Origin: Marsupella aquatica
Lineage: Eukaryota; Plantae; Marchantiophyta
NCBI GenBank assembly: GCA_973895155.1
Contig: OZ316891.1
Location: forward strand, 28,711,145 to 28,775,144
Length of the DNA: 64,000 nucleotides
Reading direction: 5' to 3'
Under the pieces are notes generated by a model that did not search any database, was not told the DNA's origin, and worked only from the letters and a program-made list of their open reading frames with translations. Positions 24,249 through 38,122 of the stretch are shown piece after piece. Position 1 is the first letter of the stretch; each line of letters begins with the position of its first letter. Made by a program: the position numbers and the translations under genes.

Positions 24249-27200
24249 TTATCTATCGATGCCCTGCAGCAGTGAGGTCATGCTTCTCATGCATATACCA
24301 TATGTATGTTCTCTATGGAGAGATGATGGTAGTGGTTTCGTAAATAAATCTGCTCGATTTTCCTTGCTAGGAATCCACTATACATTGATCTGTCCGCCGT
24401 GCTGCTCATGTGTATAAAAGAATTTAGGTGCTATATGTTTAATACGATCGCCTTTGATAAAACCCTGCACTATCTGATTGACACAGGGTCGATTATCTTC
24501 ATAGATAATCGTAGGTTTATCCAAACGAGAGTTCCCTGTGTGTGTATGAATATGATCCATCAAGTTTCTTAACCAAATGCATTCCCTAGTGGCTTCGTAG
24601 AGGGCAATGATTTCCGCGTGGTTGGACGAAGTAGCTGTCAATGTTTGTTTGCAGCTTCTCCAGGAGATAGCAGTACCTCCTTGAAGAAAAACATATCCCG
24701 TCTGGGATTTTGCATCGTCAGGGTCTGAAAGGTATCCTGCGTCTGCATATCCCACCAATAGATTTTCTGACTGCTTGGGAAAGAATAGTCCCAGGTCTGT
24801 GGTTCCTCGTAGGTAACGGAATACTTGCTTTACGCCATTCCAGTGACGAATAGTGGGTTTGGCACTATGGCGTGCAAGAAGATTGACTGCAAAAGAGATA
24901 TCAGGACGGGACTGTGTAGCCAGGTACATGAGAGCCCCGATTGCTGAGAGGTAAGGCTTTTCTGGGCCAAGAATGGCTTCTGGTGCAGTCCATTTCCTGA
25001 ATGTATCCTTTGCAGGATCTGAGGATCTCAAATCCATAGGAGTGCTAATAGGGTAAGCAGTCTCCATGTTAAACTGTTTTAATACTTTCTCAGTATAGGT
25101 AGATTGAGTAATGAGTATGCCATGATGCAAGTGATTAAACTGTAAGCCCAAGCAATAGGTGGGTTTACCTATGTCCCGCATCTCGAATATCTTCTTCAGG
25201 ATGTCTATTGTATCAGCTGTAATTTTTGCTGTGCCAAAAATATTGATGTCGTCAACATAAATTGCTATAATGACGAATTCATTTCCGTCCTGTTTGAGAA
25301 ATAGGCAAGGGGCAATATCGTCAGTAATAAAATTCAGTGCAATCATTTCAGCTTTGAAGCGTTTATACCAGGTCCGCCCACTCTGTTTTAAACCATATAG
25401 AGAGCGAAGTACTTGAACTGCAAGTTCTCTTTTAACTTTCTTTGTTTGTGTAACAGGGGTAACCTGTGAGGAAGACATTCGTTTCCTCTGAGCGGATGTG
25501 TGTAGCACATCTTGTGTGGTTGGGACTAAAGGTCCAGTCTCAGTCGTCACTGAAGTCAAATTGCCTGTAGGACAAGTTTGCTGTACTCCAGGTTGTAGAC
25601 CTGGGCTTAGTTTACCGGTTTTCTCCCCCTCAATGTGAAACGTCAATCGCTTGATGAGTTCGGGGGGTGCCTTCATATAAATTTTGGTATCAAGGATACC
25701 ATATAGATAGGCAGTAATCACATCTAAAATATGCATTACTAGTTTGTGGATAAGAGCATATGCAATAAGATATCTATATGTGATGGAATCCATGACAGGA
25801 GAGTATGTTTGATCAAAGTCCCGCCCGGGGATCTGGGTATAGCCCTTCGCGACTAGGCGCGCTTTATGTCTGATAACTTCTCCTTTCGCATTTTGTTTTC
25901 TAACAAAAATAAATCTGTATCCTGTAAGATGAAGTCCGGCAAGTGCAGGAATGATGGGCCCAAAAACTTTTCGTCTGATTAGGGAGTCCAGTTATGAATT
26001 GATAGCTAGCTCCCATTGTGGCCAATCCGGGCGAGTTCGGGCCTCAGCAATGGTTAGGGGATCAGGAGTTGTATTGATAATGTCCTCGGAAATCTGGAAT
26101 GCAAAGATATCATCAATTCGGATTGTATCACGCTGCATTATCTTCCCGTATGTACGTAATTAATTGTGATCTCCTCATTATCGGCTGGTCCTTGTGAAGA
26201 TGGTTCTATGGTTGGTGTAATGGTGGGAGATGGACGAGCTACACTCGTGCGGGACTGTCTTGGATGAGAGTCCTTGGATCCCAGTGGGCGTCCTCTTTTG
26301 GCCTTGGGTGCAGCGTGAGTGGCTGGTGTAGGCTGCCGAGAAATTCGAGCTGGTATGTTGGCTGCTTCGATGTGTGAGCGAGTGATAGTGGCTGCATCGT
26401 TGAATGCATCAGGAAGTTTCATAAGCATCTGTTGTAAGTGGAGAACACATTGTACTTCCAGATCTATTTCTTTAGTTCGGTGGTCCTCTGTAAGCAGGCG
26501 AGGAGACAACCATTGTAAGTCTTTCACTGGTACATCGCCATTTCTCTTGGGATCTTCTGTAAGGGTTGGAAAATTGTCTTCAAAGAAATGGCAGTCTTGG
26601 AACCGTGCTTTAAAAACATCTGCTGTGGAAGGTTCCAAATATCTTATAATAGAGCGTGAGTCAAAGCCCACATAGATACCGCGCTGTCTCTGAGGTCCCA
26701 TTTTAGTTCTCTTGGGACCTAAAATTGGGACAAGTACCAGGCAGCCAAAAATTCGTAGATGTGTGATGTCTGGTGGTAATCCATATGCTAGAAAATGTGG
26801 GGTCTGTGTATTAAATGAGGACGGTCTCAATCGAATAAGGGCAGCTACATGCAGGACCGCATGGCCCCAAGCTGATGCTGGTAAATTTGACTGCATCAGG
26901 AGAGGTCTGGCCACCATCTATATTCGTTTGATTATGGATTCTGCAAGATCATTCTGAAAGTGAACATGTGGAACCGGATATTCTGTATTGATACCTGCAG
27001 TTTCACAGAAGGTATCGAAAGTTTTGGAGGTAAATTCCCCCGCGTTATCAACTCTAATGGTTTTGATGGGATTCTTTGGGAATTGGTATTTTAATTTCAA
27101 TATGTGCGATAATATTCGTGGGAAGACCAGGTTACGGGTAGAGAGCAGGGAGACCTGTGACCACTTAGTAGAGGCATCAATGATAACTAGGAAATATCGG

Positions 27201-28927
27201 AATGGGCCAGAAGGAGGGTCAATGGGGCCACAGGCATCAGTGTGTATTCTCTCCAAAAATTGTGGTATCTGATGTATTGTCTTGGATGGTGAGGGACGGG
27301 TAACCATTTTTCCTTGTGAGCATGCGAGGCAGGGTTTGCTGGTAGCAGATGGGTGAACGCCTTTAGGTATGCCCACGGTAGCCTTAAGTATATTGTGGTA
27401 CATACTTGTACCAGGATGTCCAAGGCGATTATGCCATATTTGTGTTAAAGTCAGTGAAGTACTTGTAGCATGATATGAATAGATTCGGGTGATGTAGAGT
27501 CCTGGGGGATATATGGGGAGTATCTCTCGCACTAATCTCCCTGATGTGGTATTTTCCAGGATATGTAGGACCTCACGGTTGCCACATGTCTCTGTATGAA
27601 TGTGGAATTTATTGGCGCGTATATCACTAAAACTTATCAGGTTTTGAGTAGCCCACGGAGCATAAATGGCGGAGTCTATGTGGAGAATTGTACCCTTGGG
27701 GAATCTGACTTGTGCTGGACCATAACCTTCCTCTATATGATTAGGTCCAGTTATGGTTGTCATGGATCTGTGGGATGGAGTGATACGTAGGAAATAATCT
27801 TTATGGCGTAGGATGGAATGAGATGTGTTGCTATCGACAATACAGTTGTGATGATCGTCGAGCATAGAGGGATTAGCTCCTAATTGGGCAGTATGTACTT
27901 CTGGTGCATATCCCTCAATATCATCTGTAGTTTCCATATAGTTTCCATGGGCTTCATTACTAGGTAATTCCATGCTTTGTTTATAAAGTTGGACCAGGTG
28001 GGCAGGAGATCGGCAATTTTTCTGTAGGTGACCCTTTGTGCCGCACTTGAAACATTCAGTCAGATTTTCGTTCTCTCTGGTCCAACTATTAGGTCCTTGG
28101 CCACGGCCTCCACTACGGCCTCTGCCTCTGTATCCATTACCTCGTCCACGTTGTCCTCTTCCTCGATAAAAATGTCCAGAAGATTGATATTCCAAATTAT
28201 GGAATTGTCCATAGCCTCTGCCCCTTTGTTGGTTTCTGCCTCTGATAAATGGTCGTTGTCCTCTCCCCCTGAATGTGCCACGTCCTCTGCCTCGGATCTT
28301 ATCATTTTGTCTATTGAAATTGATTTCAGGTTTGGGTGGTGGAGCGGCTGTACCTGGTGGGCGAGATTTTGCATTTTCCAGTAGGAGTATTTGGTGCTTC
28401 TCAGCAAGAAGCATATGAGCAATTAGCTCAGAATATTTTGTAAAACCCATGTTTTGGTATTGGGATGCAAGGATGAGATTTCCGGCACTGAACGTTGATA
28501 GGGTTCTTTCAATCTGCTCGGCGTCATTAATTGGGTGGTCACAGATTGCGAGTTGAGAGGTGATGCAAAAAAGTTCTCCGTTGTAGTTTGATATAGAAGT
28601 GTGGTCCTGTACACGCAAAGTTATCCAGTCGTGGCGTGCAGCCGGCAGGGAGACTAGGCTCATGTGATCAAACCGTGATTTGAGATCTTCCCAAAGAATT
28701 TGGGGGTTGTATTGATTGAGATATTGAATCTTGAGTGGCTCTGCAAGGTGGTGGCGTATGAAGATTAATGCTCTCGCCTTTTGCTGTAATGTTAGGTCTG
28801 CATCGGTTAAAATAGTGTCCTGTAGGTCTTTTGAGTAAAGATATGCTTCGACATCAAGTGACCAGGATAAATAATTGGCACCATCAATAGTTAGAGCCTT
28901 CAATTGAAGCTTCTCTATCGAATTCAT
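24249..28927 (-). pseudogene. Copia gag-PR-INT-RT-RH polyprotein, disrupted
   Basis: CFKCGTKGH..C knuckle, CIVDS protease, WHNRLGH / CLAC, IHTD / RVDNAGEF integrase, SLYGLKQSGR / YVDD RT, YADA / AEII / YEDN RNase H. Stops at 26918, ~25995 and 24378, and a frameshift near 26140. Confidence 0.93.
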
Positions 28928-29260
28928 GGTGATGGAAGTTATGATGATAGGATCTCAAATCGAGTTATATCAAGCGATTTGTGAGTTATGCTCTGCCTGA
29001 ATTCTTTAAATCAGTTGTGGCATTGAGGTCTAAGAAATTCAAATGGAAAGAAAACGGTGAAGAAGAAACTTCCTCGTATTGATCAAAGAGCAAATTTCAA
29101 TGTGGGTATTCGGTGTTCAGATGTCAGCGCTCCTGATCCTTCAAGGTGTCGTTTGAGAAAAAAAATTTGATCCTTGGTTCAATCAATAATTCGAAATGTG
29201 CATATCGGTTCACTGAATCGATTGCTTAAGGAAAAATCAAGAATTGTGCTCCAAGGATAG

Positions 29261-29274
29261 TCGTGCTGATAACG
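29261..29274 (-). promoter_or_regulatory. PBS complementary to the anticodon arm of tRNA-Ile (half-tRNA primer type)
   Basis: CGTTATCAGCACGA directly after the 5' LTR, with no TGG/CCA end; this PBS type is known for Bianca elements. Confidence 0.75.
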
Positions 29275-29433
29275 TAATATGGATTAATCATGGACATTCA
29301 ATACACCAGCAAGCTCACTTCCTTCATTGCATTGTGGGAGTGGAAATCTCTCCCTATGTAGTACATGGTATGGCGGTTATGTAACCTCCTATGTTCTAGG
29401 GTAAGTAGGGTTAGGGTTTTGTCCCTTATAACA
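29275..29433 (-). repeat. Copia 5' LTR (159 bp)
   Basis: Identical to 23241-23399. Confidence 0.95.
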
Positions 29434-29689
29434 CATATACGATTGTCGAATGATTTAGTGTATCAATTACCGAGCACACTCTCATACTTGGTATGTTTTG
29501 TAGGGAGACTTATTGTTAGCAAAGATCGCCAACAATATTAGACCCCAACATTGATCACTCCAAAAACTTTACACATTAACCACTCATGGACAATAAAATA
29601 GATTCAAAGATCAAAAAAACTTTCATAATAAGCCGGATATAATTCTCGGCTAGGCATGAAAATCAAATTTTCATGCAATACAACTTTTC

Positions 29690-32600
29690 CCTACATCTTC
29701 AAAATATACCTCACCTCAGACAAGCTAAGGACTAGTTGGCTGACATAAATTTATTCTTGAACACTAACATTAAAGCGATAACAAAAAACCCAATATAAAT
29801 GTTTGCAGGGAACATATGAAAGCCCTCGTGTATGGCGATTGAAGAAATCGTCACAGGAGCATGATGGAAAATAGCAAACTTGGACCCAATATCTTTTTGG
29901 TATCCTTCCATCTGTCTCGTGTGTTGCAACAAACAATTGTTTTCCCCAACCATTTCCCAACTTGATGATGTTCTCTGTCAATACTCGCATCTGCTCCTCC
30001 TCTGATGATTTGATGCGTTTCAAATGCTCTAACGAAAGAGTGACCTAAACTTCAAAATCGATGCAACGGGTCATTCAAGTTTACCATCTCACAAAATGTA
30101 CTGACATTAATTTGTAACTCCAAAGGTGAAGGGGCACTCACCGATGGGGAGACATTTGTCACATGTTCTCTTTTGGAGGGATTAGTTTGCATTCCTAAAT
30201 CCAAGGAAAGCCCTTTCTCAATGAGGAACATAATTTCCTCACTAGCAAGACTGGTCCCTAGCATAACAGGCAAAACATCAGGAATTGGTGGTAAGGAAAC
30301 AATGGAACATCGTGGCTTTCCTCGAAAACAAACATTATTTGGACAAAACCAAGTAAGTCGAGGTACGTTTGATCCAAAAATCCTGTGTGCAACAAAAACC
30401 GCAATAGCCACGCGGCCCCTTGGGTCCAGAAATGATACTTTTTTCACAAAATTTTGACATTCCTCTCGAGTTGCAGACCTACCAAGAAACCCACAGCACT
30501 TTGGGCCGACCCCTTTGGAAGACATTCTACCTATATACCAACTCCCTTGGGGAACTCTTACTTCATGGCATGTCAACGGAGCACTTGACTCGGCAACGGG
30601 CGATGGGACTACAGGTGTAGGGGAAGGAGTAGGAGTTGAATGAGTAGCGATGCGTCTGGGCGGAGTCTGAAGGACCTCAAACAATTCACTCTTAGACAAA
30701 TTGACAACCTCTGGTATCGAAGCTCCCTCGGGCCGATCCATTGATGTTGGCGGCCCTCTTGTATAATTAGGACTAAACTCAGTAGAGTTTAGATTTCGTC
30801 TCCTTGACGCAGTCTTAGCAGGGGATGTAAGAAGAACCGTGTCATTTCGATGAGAGTCCTGGTCAGAGATTTTGTCACTCGCAATTCCCTTCCTCTTTGT
30901 TGATTTTGTTTGCAAATCACCATTTAATGGCCTAGTCCGTATAAGATCAAACTTCCCATTAGCTTCCATCAAATAATTGGTCGCTTTCTCATGAGCGGAA
31001 GCAGAACCAACCATATTTGCATGGCAAAATGCAAGCTCAAAAATTGTAGGCCCTGTACCTCTACTCACACCGGACTCAAATCCGATGTAGCAAGCAACTT
31101 GGAAGGCAACACGATTGGAGTCAACTTTGCAAGCCTCCACTAGAGTCACTTTCTTTTTGGGTTGGGAAGCACGCATGGAAGCATGGACAGATTCCAAACC
31201 AGTGCAATTTGGCATTCTTGTAGACTCCAGAGCGTCCGCCGACTGAAACAAAACACATCAGCAAAATCAACGTAAGTAACGGATTCCACCAATGTTAACG
31301 AAGGTCGCTTGCAATATTTTGATGAGTAGACCATAAAAAATTTAGTAATGATGAAGACCATACTAGCCTGATATAGTTCCCCCACTGTCTCCATCGAACG
31401 ACCCACCAGGAAATCCATCCTTGCAGATAGCGAAGTTTCCCTGGAATACAATTCCCGGATTGCCACCACTCCTTGATCTCCGAAGAAATTATGTAAGCTT
31501 CGACGTACGTGGAGGCATTCCTCAAATGGTCCCATAAAACATAATGCTGGTCGTGATTTTTTTCCAAAATACCTTCATGGGTATGCCTCCGGAGTGATTG
31601 GAAGAAATGAAAAGCATCAGACCTTTCTTTTTCTGGATTAGGGAGACCCTGCCAGAATACATTCCGAACCTCATTCCACCCTGCAGTGGCATTATCTGCC
31701 ATGAAACCATGGATGGTAATGTCGTGCAAACCATTTTTGGATGCGACACTTACCATCAACCTCCAAGCCGTAGACAATGATTCACAACATTCAGACTTCA
31801 GCTCACAAGTAAATATTGTGCAGAGGGCACGGATATTATGATCATAAACGTGTGCACTAAATGTCAGCCAACCAGTAGTAATCCGATGCATAACATCAAA
31901 ACTAACCCATGATCCTTCAAGAGAACCCCCTTTTCTCATTCTTTGAAGAATATCCAATCCAAAACCTGGACCTTTTACGCTCATCTTGAAAACATGAGCT
32001 CGATCAATAATTGTGCCTTGACCGGGGAATAGAAATCTCTGGATGTAAGGAAAATGAATGTTCCTTTGCATGTCCCGAATTGAATCAAACTCCCTTTTCA
32101 AGGGATTCTCCATTTTCACGTTCCTCAAGATGGCTTGGAATTTCTCTTTGGACGCTAGAGCACTCAATGAGCTCCAAATATCCTGAATGTCCTGGGCAGA
32201 AATCCCAGTGGCACTCTCCGGAGCCAAGTGTGACATCAATGACTCCGTTGCATCAATTTTTAGTTGAGCTGGTGTGGCCAAGGGGTTCACTAAATGATGG
32301 TCTCTGATGACCGACTTTGCAGCAATCATGGCCTCCCTCGAAACAAAACTATTCGGTGGGTGGACATAGTATCCGACATGCATGGCAAGCCTGGACATGA
32401 ATCTCACATTTTCCTTATCCACCGAGGAAAGTGGGTACATGTAAAACATTAAGGCAGGACACGTCTCCACACATATAGGCGGTTGGTCATAATGAAAACA
32501 TACTATTCCTCCGGGAGAAACTGCTTCACCAGTCTTGTGGACTCGGTCTCCTTTTGCCCTTCCAGCCCAGGACACTCGATTCCTTCCTTTGCCCTTATCT

Positions 32601-33277
32601 AAGAATGCACACTTCCCATTTTGACATTCAATCGACCCAGAGCACCGTACTTTTGCGAACTGATACAAATCTTTTGGAAAGACATTCGCAGAAGTTGGAA
32701 TAATTCTAGTCCAACGATAGCAATCATTCTCTCGATCCATGTATCTGAGCCCAGATCCTCTTTTAGTGGATGAATCGACTGGGGGAAGCTCAAAAATCGA
32801 GTCCCCATTATAATCTTTGGGAAGACATTGAACATGTTTGACATCCTCTCCCGACTCCAAGAACTTAAGGACAAAGCGAGATATCTCACTAGAGCCTTTA
32901 ACCCTCAATATCATGTCACACGCACTCACTTGATAAACCGAAGAAAATTTATCTGGAGACTCAGTTTTGATTTCACAAACATCAATGTCTGCTTCTACTC
33001 TCTCGGGGGATGTGTCAATTTTTGTAACCAGAGAGTACACAAAACCAGTTTTCAGTCTCCAATGTCGAACGCTATGGACACTCGAAGGCTCAATCCGGGC
33101 AGGACTCAAAATGGAATCCTCTCTCCTCCCGAGTACATCTTGGATGAATGGCCCCTCACATCCAAGTCGTTGACCTAGATAAGTTTCACTCACGATTTTC
33201 TCTCCAATCAATGAAAAAACAGGAAGAAAAATCACATCTCCAGTAGACTCCCGCACAATTCTGATTTGGGATGCCAT
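29690..33277 (-). pseudogene. Two-exon GCM-like/DDE/SWIM transposase, copy B
   Basis: Exon 1 33277-31364 is open (WVSFD, GFMAD, DAFH); intron 31363-31243; exon 2 MPNCTGLESVH...; stop at 30052; SWIM CSCDDF..PCKHLYW near 29790-29870. Confidence 0.88.
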
Positions 33278-33567
33278 TTAGAAAACGTAGATAGAGTGGA
33301 ATGGAAATCTTGGACAATGTCACAGAATCAAAACAAAGGTGTTTCTCAACCCTAAATTGGTAATTGTTGTCCGTTGAAATTTTGAACGACTCTAAGATTT
33401 TGAAATGGTAACAACCTCGGCATTAAATATTTTGTCGTTTGTTTTGTATCCGTTAGGATGTCCAATTACTACACGAAGATAAGTAAATTTAAAACTCTTT
33501 ATATATTTGGTAGAAAAAACATACACTGGATGCTAGCAAAGATCGCTACCAAAATTGTCACAGCATC

Positions 33568-34101
33568 TTAACCTAAATTATGCCTCACTAGAGATGAAGA
33601 ATCTGCCAGTATTGATCCTACTCCTTCTGATCTGGATCGGGAGGGGACTTTGCCAAACAAGAAGACATTTCTTCGTCCGGGACACCAGTTGCTCGACGGT
33701 ATGTCTTGTGTGAAACCATGCTCCCTCCTCTGACTAAATGCTCTACTTGGGGCTCGGTAGACAGGCCTTCGGCTGCTCCCGCTCGCAAAGTTTGAATCCT
33801 AGAAATTAGGAGATCCCAAGACCTCGTGCTTTCAAAGTTCTAGATGACGGGGCCAAAATGTGGCAGGATCGGACGGAACATGGAAGAAGAACCGATCTGC
33901 AAACTGAAGAGCGGGCTCATCCCTGAGCCATGGAATGTTCCGCTCCCCTGGACTCATTCCCTCATTCGGTGGGAGGCTATTCCTATTTTGGATGTCCGAA
34001 GTGGCAGAAACATACGTCTCAGACTCCTGCTCCGTGGTCTCCTCTTCCTCTACAATGGGGCGCTTTCCATTATTGGGCTGCATCCTCTGCATACCGTCCA
34101 T
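33568..34101 (-). pseudogene. Small frameshifted accessory ORF upstream of transposase B, unknown function
   Basis: MDGMQRMQPNNGKRPIVEEEE...WPRHLEL continues in another frame as ESTRSWDLLISRIQ...RHNLG*. GC-richer coding-like island in AT-rich flanks. Confidence 0.45.
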
Positions 34102-35124
34102 GACCAAAGACGATAGTGACACAAGTAAGAGATATCACAGAGCCCCTGGAGAATCACGGATACAATCACCAACAGCAGGCGCCTATATCAATGAGCGAGA
34201 GATTGGAATTACCGTGAGCGAGAGATTGGAATCCCCTAGAGCGAGAGATTGGAATCACCGAGGGTGAGCTAGCGCCTAGAATAGACCGAGAGAGAGTCAA
34301 TCCCCAAATGAATCAGTGAGCGTCTAGAATATACATCTGATAGTTTGCTACTCAATATATGGACCGAAAACATAACAAAGACGAAAACTCTCGGAACCTT
34401 CAAAGATGGCCGACCAACGAACCCTATCCCGACCGACGACCCCAAATACCATCCGACCAAACATACATATCCATCGGATTCCCTGGCATCATTTGACACG
34501 TACAGTAACGGATAGATTCGTCCAACGGGTATACAATGGTAATAAAGAATGATAACTTTTGCTAGCGATCATCGCTACCATTAACCATTCTTAAAACGAC
34601 TCGTATTGAGCCTCATATCACTGAAATATCCTATAAATTCAGAAAAAGTGAGAACGTCTTTTGATAGCGACCTTCGCTATCAAAAATTAGAGTTTTCAAC
34701 ATCCAATATTGGAGGTCAATTGGCCTAAATTTAACCATGTTGTTGGCTTCATTTCATTGATATAAATATGGAATAGTTTGATAGTGAGGGTCGCTACCAA
34801 AAGTTAGCATTAAACGGTAACTTGAATTGTCTTATGTTCGCCTTATGTGTTCTAAAAGTTTTTGGATTTGCCGTTAAACATCCATGAATTTAGGTTAGGT
34901 TCCGTTAAACCATCCGTAATTAAGTAGACATTGTCATTAATTAATCTGTTGGTATGACTAATTACCATTGTATATTGTTCCTATTACCGTATGACACGTT
35001 CCAAAATCCGGCTGCTTTCGATGTGAGTATTGGGTAATACCGAAAACCTGAAATTACTGAAAAATTTAAACTTTTTACAGTATTTAAGCCTACTGTTGCT
35101 GTTAAAATGCCAAGTGTAAATTAT

Positions 35125-35235
35125 GGGTTTACGCTGTTACGGGTTTACGGGTTTACGCTGTTACTAGTTTACGCCAATACGGGATTACGGCTTACGCCTT
35201 ACGCGTTTAAGGAAAGTTCACGTTACGGCGCTACG
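35125..35235 (+). repeat. TTACG-rich cluster upstream of the LTR ORF
   Basis: About 10 TTACG / TACG words in ~110 bp. Confidence 0.85.
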
Positions 35236-35397
35236 GCTAACTTCGCAACGGGACTTAGAAACGGATTGGGGACTTCATACCTTGATAGGAATCAAGCACA
35301 GAGTTCAGGCGCTCACTCCTGTATTTTCACCACCCCTATTCACTTGCTCTTTCTCTTCGAAAGCAACCTTCGCAGCAAGCAAATCACCGTTGCAGCT

Positions 35398-37827
35398 ATG
35401 GCGAACCTGGGTGCTGAGGAACAGTATCAAACTAAAGCTCTAGCAGTCTCAAAAGTAGTGGCAGCTCGCATACCACGAGCGCCTGATAGTCTTTCTAATT
35501 TACAAGACTCTTTACAACACTTAGGATTGGAGCGCTTGCTCAGGATCCCCTGGAATGTCGAGCTTGACTCCTACTTGCAGGATTTTGTGAAGGGGACTAT
35601 CATCCCGATTGAATTCAGGCAAACGATTCGAGCTCACCCCAGCCTGTGGACTGTTGAGCAAATTGCTTACGCCTTTGGATGCCCGTCAGAAGGAGAGGCG
35701 TTATATTCCAAGAAGCAGGACTTATTTGCTCCATACTTCTCAGGAACTCGAAATGCCAAGAATGGTTGGAACTTGTCCCAGTGTACTTATCCTGAATTGA
35801 GAGTGCTCATGGAATTTCTGGTACCCATTCTTCATCCGAAAAAGCCAACTCTCTGTCCTGTGGCCTTGGCTAACACCATTGTAGCTGCTCATAGTGGAGC
35901 TATAAAAGTAAATTGGGCCCTACTTCTGTTTAATGTAATGAAGGATCAAGTAAGGAGCTTGGAAGCAGGGAGGACCACTTGCTTACAGAATTATCTCTCT
36001 CAGCTCTATTATACTCATGACTGTTTATATCTGGAGGAAGAGACAGAGAGGGGGTTACTCCTGATTGACTTGGGTATTGAAGAAGAAATTCCTATGGAGG
36101 ACATTGTACATGTCACCCCATTGAATTCGAATGATCAGAACGTTGAGGAGAATGCTGATGTTCCTATGGAGGATACTTCATTAGAAATCCCTACACATTC
36201 TCCTATGCATAGCAGGGAAGTTGTTTGCCAATCAATAAGTAATGAGAATTTCCCTAGCCGGACTATGGATGCAGATCCACTAGAAGCTGAAGAAGTAAGG
36301 AGCATTCATCAACAAGACGATGATGCTACACCAACTGATGCTGCTCCTCATGAGACCACCAGGTCCACTCCTTCGAAGGCAGAGTCGAATCAGCAGCTTA
36401 TTGATAAGTTGATATCTCTCCTCAGTTGTAGTGATGATGGACTATATGATGCTGTTAATAATTTGAGAATGGAGGCTATTAGTTTGGGATCACCATTTCA
36501 TGATCAGCTAAGCCCTGTCAGAATAACCTCTCCCCCAAGAGAACCAGCACCAATGGAGTTTGTGATCTGTACTCCTGTCACTGTACACCCCCCTCCCCTA
36601 GAAACAAGTGAGCCCATTCTAGTAACAGATAGTATCAGCTGTGTGGCTATTGTGGATGACTTGTTAGAACTACTACAGTGTGAACCTCGACAGATAGCAT
36701 CTGTGGTCCGCAACTTGGTCCAACAATGTCCAACTGCTAGTCCTACTTCTAGCCCAGGTTCACAACCTTACAACCCTGATTCCAACTACGAACCCACAGA
36801 AGGACCCACCTACAATCGGTCACAATATGAGCACCCTTTTGACAGAGAAGATCTACCTGAAGACTCTGATCCACCCTCAGATGGTGAAACTTATAGATCT
36901 TATGATAATTCTCTTGAGTCATCCCCAAGGCAGGGATTTGAAGATGTTGATACTGCCTTAAGAACCAATCCAAACTTAGTAGCAGTTGTCACTTCATCTA
37001 CTCAAACACCTCAGAATGCCACCATCGAGAGTAGATACCCGAGACATCCCGAGTCCCAAGTGCACAGGTATGTGGAGACCTGTAAGATTATGCAGGCCAA
37101 CAGACCACCGGTTGGAGAATTTTGGAAATACTACTATCTCAAGAAGACAAAGGCCAGTTATATCTTCGACCTCAAGTGTTTTGGAACTTCCAGACTAGAG
37201 ATGGCACAATTCGATGAGTTTTGGACTGACTCTCTCTATTTCCGACCCATTCTTGCTGTGATGCTACTTCAAGGAGATGTGGAGGTGGAGGATTCAGATT
37301 TAGTTCTGGCATATTTTGGAAATTTGGCAGCTTATGCCCTAGATTTTGTGGTTTCTTTTCTCATGCAGAGTAAGAAATCTACTTCTCCCCAGAACGCTTA
37401 CCTTCCTCGAGAGCCCAAGGTTACCCTTGTTTCAACCAGTTCATTAGCTGAGAAATAGAGAATCTGGAACAATGTCACCTCTCAAACTCTGGCCAACTTC
37501 AATCGGTATTTCAGAGATGTCAAATGGAGGCTTCACCCTTTCTATTCCAGGATGCTGAACTCTGATGAATTTCTATACCATTATCCCCAAGTATATGCTG
37601 CTACTTGCAATAATTATGACGTGATTGGGATATATAGAGAAGCTCTTCGAATAGACATATGTTATCTAAGGAGAAGAATGCCCCTGATGTATCCTGAAAG
37701 GCAATTGAGATGCCTATCCTACTCTCGAGGATCCCCACGCCAGGCTGAGCTGATGGAAGTTACTCAAGCTCGGACTGTTACCCTCGTGGAGCTACTCGAA
37801 CCAGAAGACATCCGACAACAAGCTTAA
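35398..37827 (+). pseudogene. LTR-embedded ORF, 809 aa (one premature TAG at 37456-37458): N-terminal plant-transposon domain, acidic/disordered middle, C-terminal globular region
   Basis: Likely start MANLGAEEQ at 35398; ORF 37552..37827 is in frame beyond the stop; the domain aligns with the 9858-12506 ORF. Confidence 0.85.
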
Positions 37828-38045
37828 GGCAGAATCTAAGTCTTTTTAGTTAAGTTTTAAGAATAGTGCATCTTTCCCTATTTTTCAAAATGTGTTATAG
37901 AGCTTTAAAAGCTATGAAACTTATTTAGTGAGTAGTCTGTACCTAGGACAACCTACTGGCAAAATTTCAGAATTTTCCGAGCCAGGAGTAGAAAGTTAAA
38001 AATAGTTGAATTCGGTAAGTCTTTAAGTCTACCGCATTCACCAGA

Positions 38046-38122
38046 TTACGCCTTTACGTTTTTACCCTTTTACGCGATTACGTCTTTACGATTACGTCTT
38101 TACGCTTTTACGCTTTTACGGG
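38046..38122 (+). repeat. TTACG-rich cluster downstream of the LTR ORF
   Basis: About 8 TTACG words spaced 6-9 bp apart. Confidence 0.85.

Larger units (their letters stand above)
23241..29433 (-). mobile_element. Ty1/copia LTR retrotransposon, Bianca lineage, TSD CATAT
   Basis: Identical 159-bp LTRs; CATAT at 23236-23240 and 29434-29438; Gag start MNSIEKLQLKALTIDGANYLSWSLD typical of Bianca; PBS CGTTATCAGCACGA; PPT CAAGGGGGAG. Confidence 0.95.
29517..34796. repeat. Dispersed 15-bp palindromes TAGCGANNNTCGCTA in copy B
   Basis: 29517, 31296 (intron, degenerate), 33534, 34563, 34665, 34782. Confidence 0.85.

Noticed and set aside
35107-35397. N-terminal 97 codons of the 783-aa ORF
   Set aside because: They largely translate the TTACG repeat cluster and a UTR-like stretch; the ATG at 35398 is the more plausible start.
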